Origin: Podarcis bocagei
Lineage: Eukaryota
Strand: one strand, 5' to 3'
NCBI GenBank assembly: GCA_964188305.1
Contig: OZ076895.1
Length of the DNA stretch: 64,000 nt
A model generated the notes under the pieces. The model saw nothing but the letters and a program-made list of their open reading frames with translations. It was not told the origin of the DNA and searched no databases. The translations under genes were made by a program, and so were the position numbers. Below are positions 37,445 to 49,449 of the stretch, piece by piece. Position 1 is the first letter of the stretch. Each line of letters begins with the position of its first letter.

Positions 37445-37910
37445 TAGAATTACAGGTGGGAGGGACTTTGGAAGCCACCCGGCTCATGCTCAGCACAGGA
37501 TCTGTCATAAAGGATGCGACTGCAGAGTCCATGACTTATGTACAGTGGTACCTCGGGTTAAGTACTTAATTTGTTCCGGAGGTCTGTTCTTAACCTGAAA
37601 CTGTTCTTAACCTGAGGCACCACTTTAGCTAATGGGGCCTTCTGCTGCCGCCGGGCCGCCGGAGCACGATTTCTGTTCTTATCCTGAAGCAAAGTTCTTA
37701 ACCTGAGGTAATATTTCTGGGTTAGTGGAGTCTGTAACCTGAAGCGTATGTAACCTGAAGCATATGTAACCTTAGGTACCACTGTATCTGCTTCAGCACC
37801 TCTTGTGAAGGAGAGCTCACCACCCCCTGTGGCAGCCTGTTCCACTGTCACACAGCACTTACAAGGTGGACATTTCTCCCAGAATGTAGTCAAAATTTGC
37901 TTTCCTAATT
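37445..37910 (-). mobile_element. old CR1 3' fragment split by a MITE
   Basis: GAAGGAGAGCTCACCACC...GGCAGCCTGTTCCACTGTC matches the CR1 copy at 49256-49449. Confidence 0.6.
37543..37784. mobile_element. pogo/Tigger-like MITE, family A
   Basis: TA|CAGTGGTACCTCGGG ... AGGTACCACTG|TA. Confidence 0.92.
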
Positions 37911-40669
37911 AGAAAGTGGTTCTCCACCTCCCCAAATTCCACTCCTCGTCTATGCTGTTCTTGTTTTTCAGGTTCACACTCACACTATACATGGAAACCA
38001 CTTGACTTCCCCCAAAGAATTTCCCTGGGAACTGTGGTACAGCAACAATTCTCAACACCCTTAAACAAACCACAGTCCCCTGGATCTGTTTGCTTTAAAT
38101 GTGCTTTAAATGTATGGTGTGGATGTGAAAGCTACCTATTTTCATGAAATGATGTGTGTTGTTTACTTCTGACTGTTTGAGCCTAAGAAGACAGAACTCT
38201 TTGCTCCTCATCTCAGAAACAGCTGCACCTACAACTTCTTGCAGGTTTCTGAGGAACCATGCCCAACAGATCTTCAGGTAAGAATCTGAAGTTACTTCAG
38301 CAATAGAGAACAAAGCTAGTGGTCGGTCCCATGTTATAATCAGAAAGTAAAGTGCCATTATGAATAATACAGCCAGCAGGACTTGTTTCTTTGGGGCTTT
38401 ATGTTTATGAAAAACTTTTGTCCTCCTCGCTCAAGGACTTAGAGGGGCTCGTTCTTCATAGTGATGGGAGTTATTAGGCCAGCAGGAACCCAAGATTCAT
38501 GGCAGAGGGATTTTGCATTCAGTGCACACCAAATTAATTAAGCAGTAAAGAGCAAGTGCGTGATGGGAAGGAAAACACACCTCCTGGTGGCTTGCAAGGA
38601 GCTTTGCTCAGAGTCACTGAGGTGCCACCAGAAGGCTTTGAACTGCAAATACAACTTCGTACAGGGAACACTTGTCTTTCTATGTACTTTGCTTCTTATC
38701 TATAATTTCTTGTGCACCAAGAAGGAACAGACAGGACTCATTTCCTCCCATGTTCTGAATGTGTACTTAGCACAAAGAGGACGAGGACTCTAATCTAGAG
38801 CCCAGCTCCTGCCCTGCTTAGCAGGTGGCTGCATCTGACATGATCCCACTCCACAGCCTCCTTTCTCTGCAGAATGTAGGCTAAAAATCTCCTCCATGAT
38901 GATTCTCTCGTAACTAAGCAACCCAGGAAGTATCTGCCTGGTAAAATATAAATAAATCTATATTTGTAATATGGAAAGAAAACTGACAGCCATACTTAGC
39001 TCTTCTCAGACACCTGCTCCTTGAGATCCCAAAGTGCTTCATAAGACCAACTGGGTTTCAGAAAGCATATGAGGAGGGCTGGCACCATCGTCCCTGTCAT
39101 ACTGGGATGGAAACGCTGCCCTCTGGGCACTAGTAACCACACCTGGCTCCCTTGGCTTTGGAGATCTCACCAGACTAGGCCCACACTCCTGTCTCCAGTG
39201 GTCAGGGAGCAGTTGACCCCTCTCCTCAAAATGAAAGCATCTGATTTAGGGTCCTGAGAGCTATACCCAATACCAGCTTCTGTGCTTTTTCTGCACTTTC
39301 ACAAAACCATGGAAAGGATACAGATTTCTCCGTATAGGTATATGTTTGTGGGGACTCATTTTTTTGCACCAGCGCTCTCTCTGCAAAAAACTCACCCTTT
39401 AATGCTGAATTGGACACAGCGCTTTAAAGTGTAGCCCTGTGCCTAGAAACACACAGCACAAAAGGAAGTCTGGATAAGCCCTGAGACAACTGTGGGCCAG
39501 TATCAGTCGAGCAACATTAGGCAGCTCTGATTACTGTGCTGTCCTGAGCCTAGCCAGTAGGGAAGAAAATGCCTCCCCTGCATGTCAGGATGGGATGGAC
39601 CAGAGCTCAGCCCGAGCAGCCTTTCTTGAAGCCATCACATATGCAAATGGTTGGGGCAGGGAAGCCCACCAATCTTTTGTACCCTATTCTTGCTGCCCTT
39701 ATGACTGGCTTTCCATTTCAAAATGCCCCCAGCTTACCTTTTGTTCTGCTGGAAACCCTCTTCCTCCCTTGTTCTCTCCTCTTTCCCTTCCTATTCTCCT
39801 CCTCCTCCTCCTCCCCCTTCCCCCTTTGCTATTTTGCATCTTTTCCTTTCTCAGCCCACCACCTTTTGCCTTCTCTTCTGTTCCTCCTCCTATACCCAGC
39901 ACATACAGAACCTGGCAGAATTGCAAAAAACGGATAATTCCAAATGGAACAGCTGGTGTGTCCTCTGAGTTGGGAGTGAATACGGGAGAACATGAAAAGC
40001 ACTTATTAAAAATGAGGTGAAGAGCGGGGGCGGGAACAAACCAGAAGAGAAACACAGGATAGCTTTTAGAAAAGTAAAGGGGGGAAAGAAAGCTGCTGGC
40101 ATGTAGTGCTTTCAGAGTCTCGCTCTCTCCAAGCCATAGGAGACCCAGATGCCTACTCTGGGACAACGGGGGTTCTGGGCAAAAGGTATCACCATCACCA
40201 GAGATGGGGGATGCAGCTGATGGCTGGGAAACCAGTCCTGCCATTTGCTACCAAGCTGGGGTAACCGTTATCTCTGTTACATCAGGACTGGGAAACTTCA
40301 GGCCCAGGGGCAAATATGACCCTCTGGGTTTCTGTCTAAACTGCAACCTCTCTTCTGGTCACACGGCTCATCAGCCCAGTTCCAACCGTTTCTCAAGTGC
40401 TCAACTGATCACAATCCGCAGACAAATCGCTGGGGAGAGGTCTTTCAAGTGGGACTCTCTGGAATCAAGGGTTCCACTCGGGCAGAAATCCCAAATTGCC
40501 GGTCTGCACATTAGGCTAGCCAAGGGGATGCCAGTAGCAACGGCAACTTCCATGTGGGACCACTCCATCCTGAAAGCGTAATAATATGTAGACTGGGTCA
40601 CGACACAGATGAGCTACATCATGCACAGAATCTCCAAGCCACCACCAGAAACTCTTGGCAGTATCCACC

Positions 40670-41172
40670 TGTGGATAGCTCAGTTGGTAGAGCATAAGAC
40701 TCTTAATCTCAGGGTTGAGAGTTCAAACCCCACACTGGGCAAAGCATTCCTGCATTGCAGGGGGTTGGACTAGATATGACCCTTGTGGTCACTTCCAACT
40801 CTATACAGTGGTGCCCCACAAGACGAATGCCTCGCAAGATGAAAAACTCGCTAGACGAAAGGGTTTTGCGGTTTTTGAGCTGCTTCGCAAGACGAATTTC
40901 CCTATGGGCTTGCTTCGCAAGACGAAAACGTCTTGCGTTTTTTGCAAGTTTGTTTCCTTTTTCTTAACACCGTTAATACAGTTGCGACTTGACTTCGAGG
41001 AACAACTCATAGAACGCGGTGTGGTAGCCTTTTTTGAGGTTTTTGGCGATTTTTGAAGCTTTCCCCAAACTTTCCCGACACCGTGCTTCGCAAAACGAAA
41101 AATTCGCTAGACGAAAAAACTCGCGAAACGAATTAATTTCGTCTTGCGAGGCACCACTGTAGTTCTGTGATT
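40670..41172 (+). mobile_element. tRNA-Lys-derived CR1-tailed SINE, interrupted by a MITE
   Basis: GGATAGCTCAGTTGGTAGAGCATAAGACTCTTAATCTCAGGG head; tail resumes as GTTCTGTGATT after 41161. Confidence 0.85.
40806..41159. mobile_element. pogo/Tigger-like MITE, family B
   Basis: TA|CAGTGGTGCC ... GGCACCACTG|TA; many GCAAGACG repeats. Confidence 0.92.
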
Positions 41173-42202
41173 TTATCCTCTATAGTAGAGCAGGGGTCCA
41201 CAAACTGTGTGCCGCAAGTTTCATTCAGGGGGTCTGTAGCGTGTCTGTGAAGAGCACTTAGGTTCCATGGAATTCAAATAGTAATATGAAAAAGCACATT
41301 ATTAATAAAAGAAGCAACAAAAATACAATTTACAAAATCATACAGCATTCTGCACAATGTATGACAATTGCTGCAGTAGGCTGAAAAGAATCATTTAGAG
41401 GTCCTCAGTAGTTTTCAAGCGGTCCATGGGGGGATTTTTTGGGGGGATCCACTGCATTAGAGGCTTTGCAAGTGATGCAGAGGATCTGCATCGTGAGCCA
41501 CTCAGCATGTTGGCTTGCATCCTCCATTTTAAGTGTTGCTCCTCACTTGCTCCTCCGCCCATGAGGGGAGGAAGGCGGTATCTCCTCAACTCTCCCTCTA
41601 TCTGGACCCCCCTGCAACATACCCCACACTATTCTCACCCCTTATTCCTAGGAACAAATGCTGGTGCTGGGCACAGGGGATTGCAGAAGGAGAAGGGAAG
41701 GGGGAAAGCCTTGCTCTGTGAACAGTGCAATTGCCCCTGGCATGGAGCAGATTCCTGTGTGGTGTGTAGCTCAGCCTTAAACACTCCTTGGACATTGTTC
41801 TCCTTCAACCATAAAATGGCAAGAGAACATTGAGAAATTTGTGCCGGCTGCTCTTTAATCAATATCCTTCTCCTGATGCTTCAGCACAAATGCCTAGGCA
41901 TCTTCTAGATCAGTGAATTTCAAATTTCATACTCATCTAGGAAGCTTTTCTCCACAGATTTGTCTGCTGGGGCCCTTCGGTGTGTGTTTGCCATGGAATC
42001 CCTGCACATTGGCAAGGATTCTGGGACTCATTTAAGGACAGTCTTTCGATTTGCACAGTGCACTGACCAGTCCTATATTGTCCCTTGCTAGAGTCTCATG
42101 TGAATAGATATTGCATCCTGCAACAGGCATAGTTCTTGTCTGCTGCTGCACATTGAGTGGAAAAATCAGTAAGGGTAAATAAACGATCTGCTTGACTATG
42201 GT

Positions 42203-42565
42203 TATTTATTTTATTAATGGATTTTCCAGCCATCTTTCAGAGCACAGCCCTCCCAATGCTTTAAACAGAATAAATTAAATAACACAAATACCTTAACCCC
42301 CAAACTAAAACGCTACACTTAAACAAAATGCTACACTTAAACAAAAAGGTATTCAGAGTGTTGAAAGGCCACTACAGATGGGGCCATATGTACCCCTCTG
42401 GAGAGAGAAAGTCATAGGTGTGGGGACACCACTGGAAAGGCCTTGTCCCCGATACCCATCAGCCTGATGGGCCATTTCAGAGGGCCATAGAACAGGGCCT
42501 CTGAGATTGACCTTAAGATCTGGGCAGACTTGCATGGCAGTTTTTCAAATAACATGGTCCCCAAC
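42203..42565 (-). mobile_element. old L2 3' fragment
   Basis: TTTATT tail and degenerate GCCTTT/CAGTGGTG text. Confidence 0.5.
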
Positions 42566-42568
42566 CTT

Positions 42569-42711
42569 TCATAGAATCATAGCATTGTAGAGCTGGAAGG
42601 GACACTAGGAATCATCTAGTCCAACCCCCTGTAATGCAGGAATATGCAGCTGTCCCATAGGGGGATCAAACCTGCAACTTGTACTATGCTGTAACCAGCT
42701 GAGCTATCCAG
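42569..42711 (-). mobile_element. tRNA-derived CR1-tailed SINE
   Basis: Minus strand TGGATAGCTCAGCTGG head and (ATTCTATG) tail. Confidence 0.7.
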
Positions 42712-44059
42712 GCTGGCAGGTTTTCATGGTATAAACATTAAAACCATTACTTAAAATTACTGGTCTTCTCATTGGGAAAGCCTTTGATAAGCTGCACAGT
42801 TCTTGGGAACAGAAATGAAAATTTCTTCATTTGGACTGGAATGTTATTTGATGAGGTGAAGGGGTAGGCAGGGTGACTGTGTTACAGAAAGCCTTTTTTA
42901 ATTTATTTTTGCATAGCGTTGCCTTTATTCAGATCTAACAAGAATTATGCACAAGATACTTGCTCTACTGCTCCCTTATTAGTGCCTCCTTTTTAGCAGC
43001 ATGGTGGGTTGCAGCTGCTCATCTGACCTCTGTCCCTTTGCATTGCTACTGCTTACTGGGAGGCAGTGGAGGAAGGACAAAGAGGCAGGGAGTTTGTGCC
43101 TTGCAACTGCACAGACAGGAGCACCTGATTGGCTTTGCTGGCGCATCTGCACTGTGACAACCTCGCTGCTGCCTTGCCCCTTCCCCTCTGCCTTCTGGTA
43201 TGCAGCAGTGATACGACCAATGGCCCCACTGCACCATCCACTACTACCTTTTGGGGTTTGCTTTATAATGTGATGGATTTTTTTGGGCCAGCCCTGTTTG
43301 AGTCTATGACAAATTTTTGCTCTTATGAATAGATTCATCATATGCCCAGATCGCTACAAGCCTGTCATGGGCTGTGTTAACTGTTTTTGTACACAACCGT
43401 TGACAGGTGTGCTGGTGACCTAGATGCTTGGTGAACTTATTGCAGAAACTAGTGACTGCATACTCATTCAAACTGGATCAGTGCTCTCTCTCTCTCTCAC
43501 ACACAGAAACAAGCTCCCACAAAAGATTATTCGCTGGCCTTAATGTTTGAATTTCAAATTTTGTAGCCATAGGGGGTAGAATTCACTTTAAGAACCCCTT
43601 AAATAGGTCACAATTTGTGAAGCAATACAGCTTACAGATGTAATAGAAGAGAGAATCAAGACACCCATATTTTCAAAATGTTGATTAAAAATGAAATGTT
43701 GCTCAATGTGTACAACAGCTAAAAAAATCTGTGGGAAGATGTCGTGGTTCAGCAAGGTCCGTTCTTGGGGTCCACTTGGAAGATTTTGTACTCCTCACAA
43801 CAACAACAGAAAACAGGTAACATTTTTTAAATAGGAGGCTTTAAACATTAAACATGGATAGGCTTGTTTAATTTTTTTTGTTTAAAAATAAAGGAGTTAG
43901 TTAATCCTGTTGAAAATTGCAGAGAAATTAATTTAAAGCAAGCATACATTTTTGAATGTTGTAAAGAAATAAGGGAGAAGCTTGAGACATGTATTATTTT
44001 CTCACAATCAGGCATGCCATATTTTCTACATCTAGATTTGAAATGAAACATTCTAGGTA

Positions 44060-44219
44060 CTGTATTTTTCTGACTATAAGACATCCCCAGACACCTCCTA
44101 TTTTGGGGGACTCCGATTTAAGAAAATGTGGGGAGATCTATCCGTTTATAAGATGCCCCCAAATTTTGGACATTATTTTTTTAGGGGGGAAATCTAGTCT
44201 TATACACGAAAAAATACAG
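44060..44219. mobile_element. Tc2/pogo-type MITE
   Basis: TA|CTGTATTTTTC..TATAAGAC ... GTCTTATA..GAAAAAATACAG|TA. Confidence 0.8.
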
Positions 44220-45489
44220 TATATATGGCAGCTAGCTGACAATTCAAACCTGTATATACATTCCCATTTGCTACATCCTGTGTGCTTCCACTGCTGGTTT
44301 GGGAAGCAGTGTATGCACAACCTTAGCCACAATCCATATCTATCGTGTAGTTTCTTATGGGAGTCTGCATTTTGATGCATATTCCCGCTAAACCAGCACT
44401 GTTCCTTATTGAGAAAAAGAACAATGTAGCTGCACTGTAAGCCATTAAATGTGTACATAGCCTGCGTGGGCAAGATGTCAAGGTTCAGGGAGGTTAGAAG
44501 ATTTGCTGGCTGAGGAGCTATAGCATTTGATGAAAGCCAGGCTATATGAGATATGACGGTGCAGCAACAGTTTCATTGAAATTTTGCTCATTTCAGATTT
44601 GCTAGTGGAATGGCTGAAATGGAGTGGAGTCATGGGTGAGATGTGTCTGGCACTTAAAACAGATTCCATACCAACAACCATGTCCCTGTTGACAATACCA
44701 CTTTCTATTAGTAGCAGACTTGGTATAGTGGAAATTCCTCTTCCATTGACTTCAATGGGGAGGTGGAAATTAAATAAAAACTAGCCGTCCCTGTGTCAAC
44801 AGTTTGTCTGCCATGTTGTAACATGGATATGGTGTAACTTAGCACCCACAGCACCACTAGTATATAAACCCTATAGAGAGACCATAACTCAGACAACAAG
44901 ATACATGATATGGGGTCTATATCTTTCTGATCTCAAGTCATGCATACTCAGAGCTCACAAGGGGGGAACTTCGGGGATGGAAAGCTATGGAGAAAGAGCA
45001 CAAAATAGCCTGGCCTCACAACACAGATAGGAACTTGATTACATTGCCAACACTTCTCTGGCTAGAACCCAAACAGCAAGGGACTGCAGACATGAACATA
45101 CAACACCTCTCCAACAAATGGGGGTTGCTAGGAGGGCTGAGCACCCCACACAGGTAAGAGGCAGCACATGGCACCAAGTATAAGTGTTGCAAATGTTTTC
45201 GACATCTCCCCTGGATCTTGGGTGAGAGTCAGGAGGCTGAGAGGGAAAGAAAAATGAACCAATACTAGGCTATATTTATTAGTACTTTTGCATAAAGTAG
45301 CATTTTCACATTGAACTGTATATTCTTGCAATGTTTGTTGTTGTTTAGGTTGTCTTCTGTTGCTTTCATTTCCTGTCTACTTGCCTGCTGTGTAAGTGCA
45401 CTCACCACATGCTGGGTGCACCTGCCATCTTCTCTCCTGGATCAAGTTCCGGGAAAGCCTCTACTTCAGGCATTCAGCAGAGCTAGATC

Positions 45490-45795
45490 TGCACAGTACC
45501 ACCCAGGTGGCCCTGGTGCCAGTGAGGAAGCCCAGCGGCGGAGCAAGCCAGTCGGGTGCCTGGGGTGGTCCATGTGCCCTGCACCCAGGGGCAGGGCCAG
45601 CCGCCCACGGGACGGGGCGAGCCGGGGCAGGACAGCTGAGGGGGAGGCGGTGGGCAGACCGTTTGGGGCAGGAGAGACATGTGGCTTGGACACGCTGCAG
45701 GCCTTGCGGTGAGTGCTGCCCGGCATTTTGTCACCCCTCTCAGTGGTGACACCTGGGGTGACCCACCCCCACCGCACCCCCTTCCACCACCCCTG
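45490..45795. mobile_element. GC-rich non-autonomous DNA element remnant (probably hAT)
   Basis: TGTCACCCCTCTCAGTGGTGACA hairpin and CCACCCCTG right end; left end unclear. Confidence 0.4.
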
Positions 45796-48700
45796 AGGAA
45801 GCCACAGTGCTTCCTTCTCAGAGTTGTTTCTCAAGAATAGAATAGTACGCAGAAAAGCACGTAAAAGGTACCCAGTTGATGTTTGAGCAGAAAGGGTGCT
45901 CAGAAAATGACAACTAAGTAGGCTGCTCACCTCTTATATGTGGGGAGTGGGGATCCGTGTATGTGTGCGCGCATGATGTGTCATTCACTAGATAGGGAAG
46001 GAAAGCAGCGTTCGCCTCGCATCTGAAAGATTTGCATCCACTCCTATTTGAAGACACGCCTGGGATCAGCCTGAGTTGGCTGGCTTTACAGATGCTCTTG
46101 AGGCATAATCACAGGTGGCCTGAAATGCAGGGGAGGGAGGCTGCCCCTGGCCCACCTAAATTGCACCCCTGCTCAGCTGGGTCAAAGGCAGGGTTTGGAG
46201 GTGAAGAAATGCCACCCCCTCCTATCAGCTTGAATCCGTTTAAAACAAATCCTGCAAATAATAAAAAAGGTAAAAGTCATTCTGGAAAGCAGTTCTATAA
46301 TTTTCATTCCTATTTTTTAACCACCGGTGTTTTCCCCTTGCAGAAGGAAACTTTACAAATAAATTGTCTACAGAAGCAACCCTCTGTGCAAATTACAAGG
46401 GATAAAGGAAAGAGGAAGGCAAGAGCTGCAGCAGGACTGTACAAAGAAAGGCAGAAAGGAGCAAGGGAGATTGTTCATTGTGCAGGTATGCAGGTAAACA
46501 GGGTCCTTGTCTGCTTTGGGCTATAATAATCTTCCATTTTAAATACTGCACACAGAGGAGCTGTTTCCACAGTTCTCACTGGGCTTAATTTGGAAACCTT
46601 CCTTGCCTTAAAACACTCCACTGCTGCCCATATGGTCTTATCTAGAGGACCTGGCCATGCCTCAACTGCATTTTAGCCTTCACAGGATGCTCTTCCAAGT
46701 TGTTATCCAGTCCAGATGATATATTGGATGGAGAATGTAGTCTGCTGAATGATGTGCATTCTGGCCTATGAGGGAGGAGGAGCATCCAGCCTGGAAAGAG
46801 ACGTTAATTTTAATTTATGCAGGGCAACAATGCTCAACACAGTACATTCATCTCTTTGTTTCAAGGAAATTATTTGGCAATATTTTACGTGGCTGAAGAG
46901 GGTCTCCGAGTGTTAAACTCGGGCAGCACCTCCTGTTGCAGCCCATTTGGAAAAGATGAAAAGATGACAGATGTCAAACTGTCTCAGCTAGGGAGGCCAA
47001 TTGATGATATTTTCTTAAAGAAATGTGCTAACAAAAATGACAAACTATTAATTGTGCCCTTCCTTTTCCTTTCTTGCTTTGCAGAAAGGGGGCGGGGGGA
47101 GTTAGGACAGCTGGCATTGCAGCTCTATCTACCACAAAACAAGGAAGCTCGAAAGGCTGTCAGTCACAGATGGCTTAATTAGTCCTCAGAGGTAGTGCAA
47201 TTAGACCCTTCCTTCAGATTCAAGTTTTCTTCAGTAAAGATCATTCCAAAGCTAATAATACATAAAAGAGGAAGATGAAAAGGAAACTAAGAAGAAGAAG
47301 GAGAAGGGGGAGGAGGAGAGAAAGTGGAGAGGGGGCAGTGAAAAAAGTAGAAAGCACTTGGGCAAGGAGTTCTTAGCATATAATTATTTCTTGAGCATTT
47401 CCTTTTCTCCACGGCTCTAAAGCAATTCAGAAGAACTGGTGGATGTTGCATGGAGAATGAACGCAAATTGGCTTGCTTGAAATCAGAGCTTGTGGAACCT
47501 CTCAGGCAAAAATCTGCTTTAGGAGAGGAGTTTTTGAGGGCCTGTGCTGTCATCCAGGAGACAGCAGCCCCTTTTGGGGTGTTTCCTGGGTGGCGGGAGA
47601 TGGTACTATTGGATGCACATGGGATGTGGCACCCCAGGCCACACTGGTTACATATTTGGAATAATGCTTGACCCAGCATGGGCATACCCAAGGGTGGATG
47701 CAGCCAGAGGAAGCTTGAGCAGAAAGCAGAAGGGACTGGAGCTCTTTTTGCACACAGTGCAGAAGCAGAGCCAGGTTTGTCACTCAAGAGAGAGTCATAC
47801 CTGTGTGAGATGCATATTTGCAAGTGTATTTGTATTTGTTTCTTTCAAAATGTTAGTTATATACTTGAAACATCTGAGTACACATAAGTAAGAGAAAGCT
47901 CTTGTCTTGGGTAGAACTCAGGTGAAGTTTGCCACAAAGGGATGAGAAAAACTGAACCAGCCCTTTTCCTCAAAACAAAGATATGGTTGGAATGAGCCTT
48001 CTCTTTTCTTGCATCTAGTCACCACTATAAAGTGGAAGCTGCTTGCTCCATTCCATAATTCTGACAGTGACTGCATCCCTTACCATCTGCTCTGCCTGTA
48101 GGATGACATATCCATTTGAAATTATGGAGGAAGCAAAGAGGCAGAGTAGTATTCCTTAAGGACATAACTTATTTTTATGTGGTGGTTTATTTAAGGCACT
48201 TCCAGGCAGCATAGGTACCAATGTCAGGATACAATGCCTTGAATATGAGGACTGATCTTTCGAATCTTTAATTCGATTACTCAAGCTTAAACAAGTGTTC
48301 AGTGATATAACACAGAGCACTACATACCAGTTTAGATATCTTCCAAAGATTACTAATCCCAGTATAGCTGCCTTTGAAAGAGTGGTGTTAAGAGACATAC
48401 GGAAAATAGAACAATCTTCCAAAAGATGGCATATTTATGTTGGCATGAAAAGGCTGTTTTGGATTCCTTGGCCAACAACGTATAGTTATTAAACCAGCAA
48501 TAAGGGTTCAGCAGCGGTGATTCGGGGGGGGGGGGAGGATTATTGCCTGGACATACACCACCAACGTATTATGCATTAGAGCCAGTAATTCATTGGTGTG
48601 GAGGAGCCACGTGTTAGAATCACAGCTGTTTCAACTCTGTTCCTATGTAAGACCTCAGTCAAACCTTACTCAGTATATTCATCCTTCTTCTATCAATGGA

Positions 48701-49255
48701 AAGCTCTTTATTCCTGTACCACAGGTTTGGATTTGAATTCAGAAGATTTTTTAAAATAAGATACTATGTCCTCTTAGAAAACTTAAATTTCCATATTGAT
48801 AACTTTGTATATCCCAGTGCTAGAAGTTCCATCCTTCTTGGCTGTGCTTAGATGCAGGAATATGTAAGAGAATTTCAAGAGGTATTTTAATCCTATTATT
48901 GACTGTGGCCTCATATTGTGCAGTCTAATATTGTTCAATAGGTGATTTTCAATAATATCATTTTAGGATTTATAGCAATGATACTTCTGTCCAAGGAAGA
49001 AAAATCTACAAAGAAAAATTGAGACAATAAAGATTTAATAACTGCCTTCCATGCATATTCTCCAGTTGGTGTCTGAAGAAGTACAAAGAGAGGCTCAGTC
49101 CTGGAGATCTTGTTCTGTATTGTTTGGAGAATTGTTTTATTGTCTGCATGTGCTGTTTTGTTTGGGGAATTGGATTGTTGAATACACAGTGGCTGCAGCT
49201 TGTATCTTTTGAATATGTTTATATTAATATGAGTTTTAATTGGGTCCCTGTGACT

Positions 49256-49449
49256 TAGAATCATAGAATCATAGAATCATAGAGTTGGAAGAGCCCACAA
49301 GGGCCATCGAGTCCAACCCCCTGCCAAGCAGGAAACACCATCAGAGCACTCCTGACATATGGCTGTCAAGCCTCTGCTTAAAGACCTCCAAAGTAGGAGA
49401 CTCCACCACACTCCTTGGCAGCAAATTCCACTGTCGAACAGCTCTCACT
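49256..49449 (-). mobile_element. CR1 LINE 3' end
   Basis: (TAGAATCA)3 octamer tail and CR1 3' sequence. Confidence 0.85.

Noticed and set aside
36391-37784. Regularly recurring TAACCTGA and GCAAGACG motifs resembling an array
   Set aside because: Internal subterminal repeats of TA-flanked MITEs in a vertebrate genome; not CRISPR.
40670-40740. tRNA-Lys(CTT)-like gene (also 2692-2760, 11265-11346, 26842-26910)
   Set aside because: Degenerate stems fused to LINE-derived tails, so these are SINE heads rather than tRNA genes.
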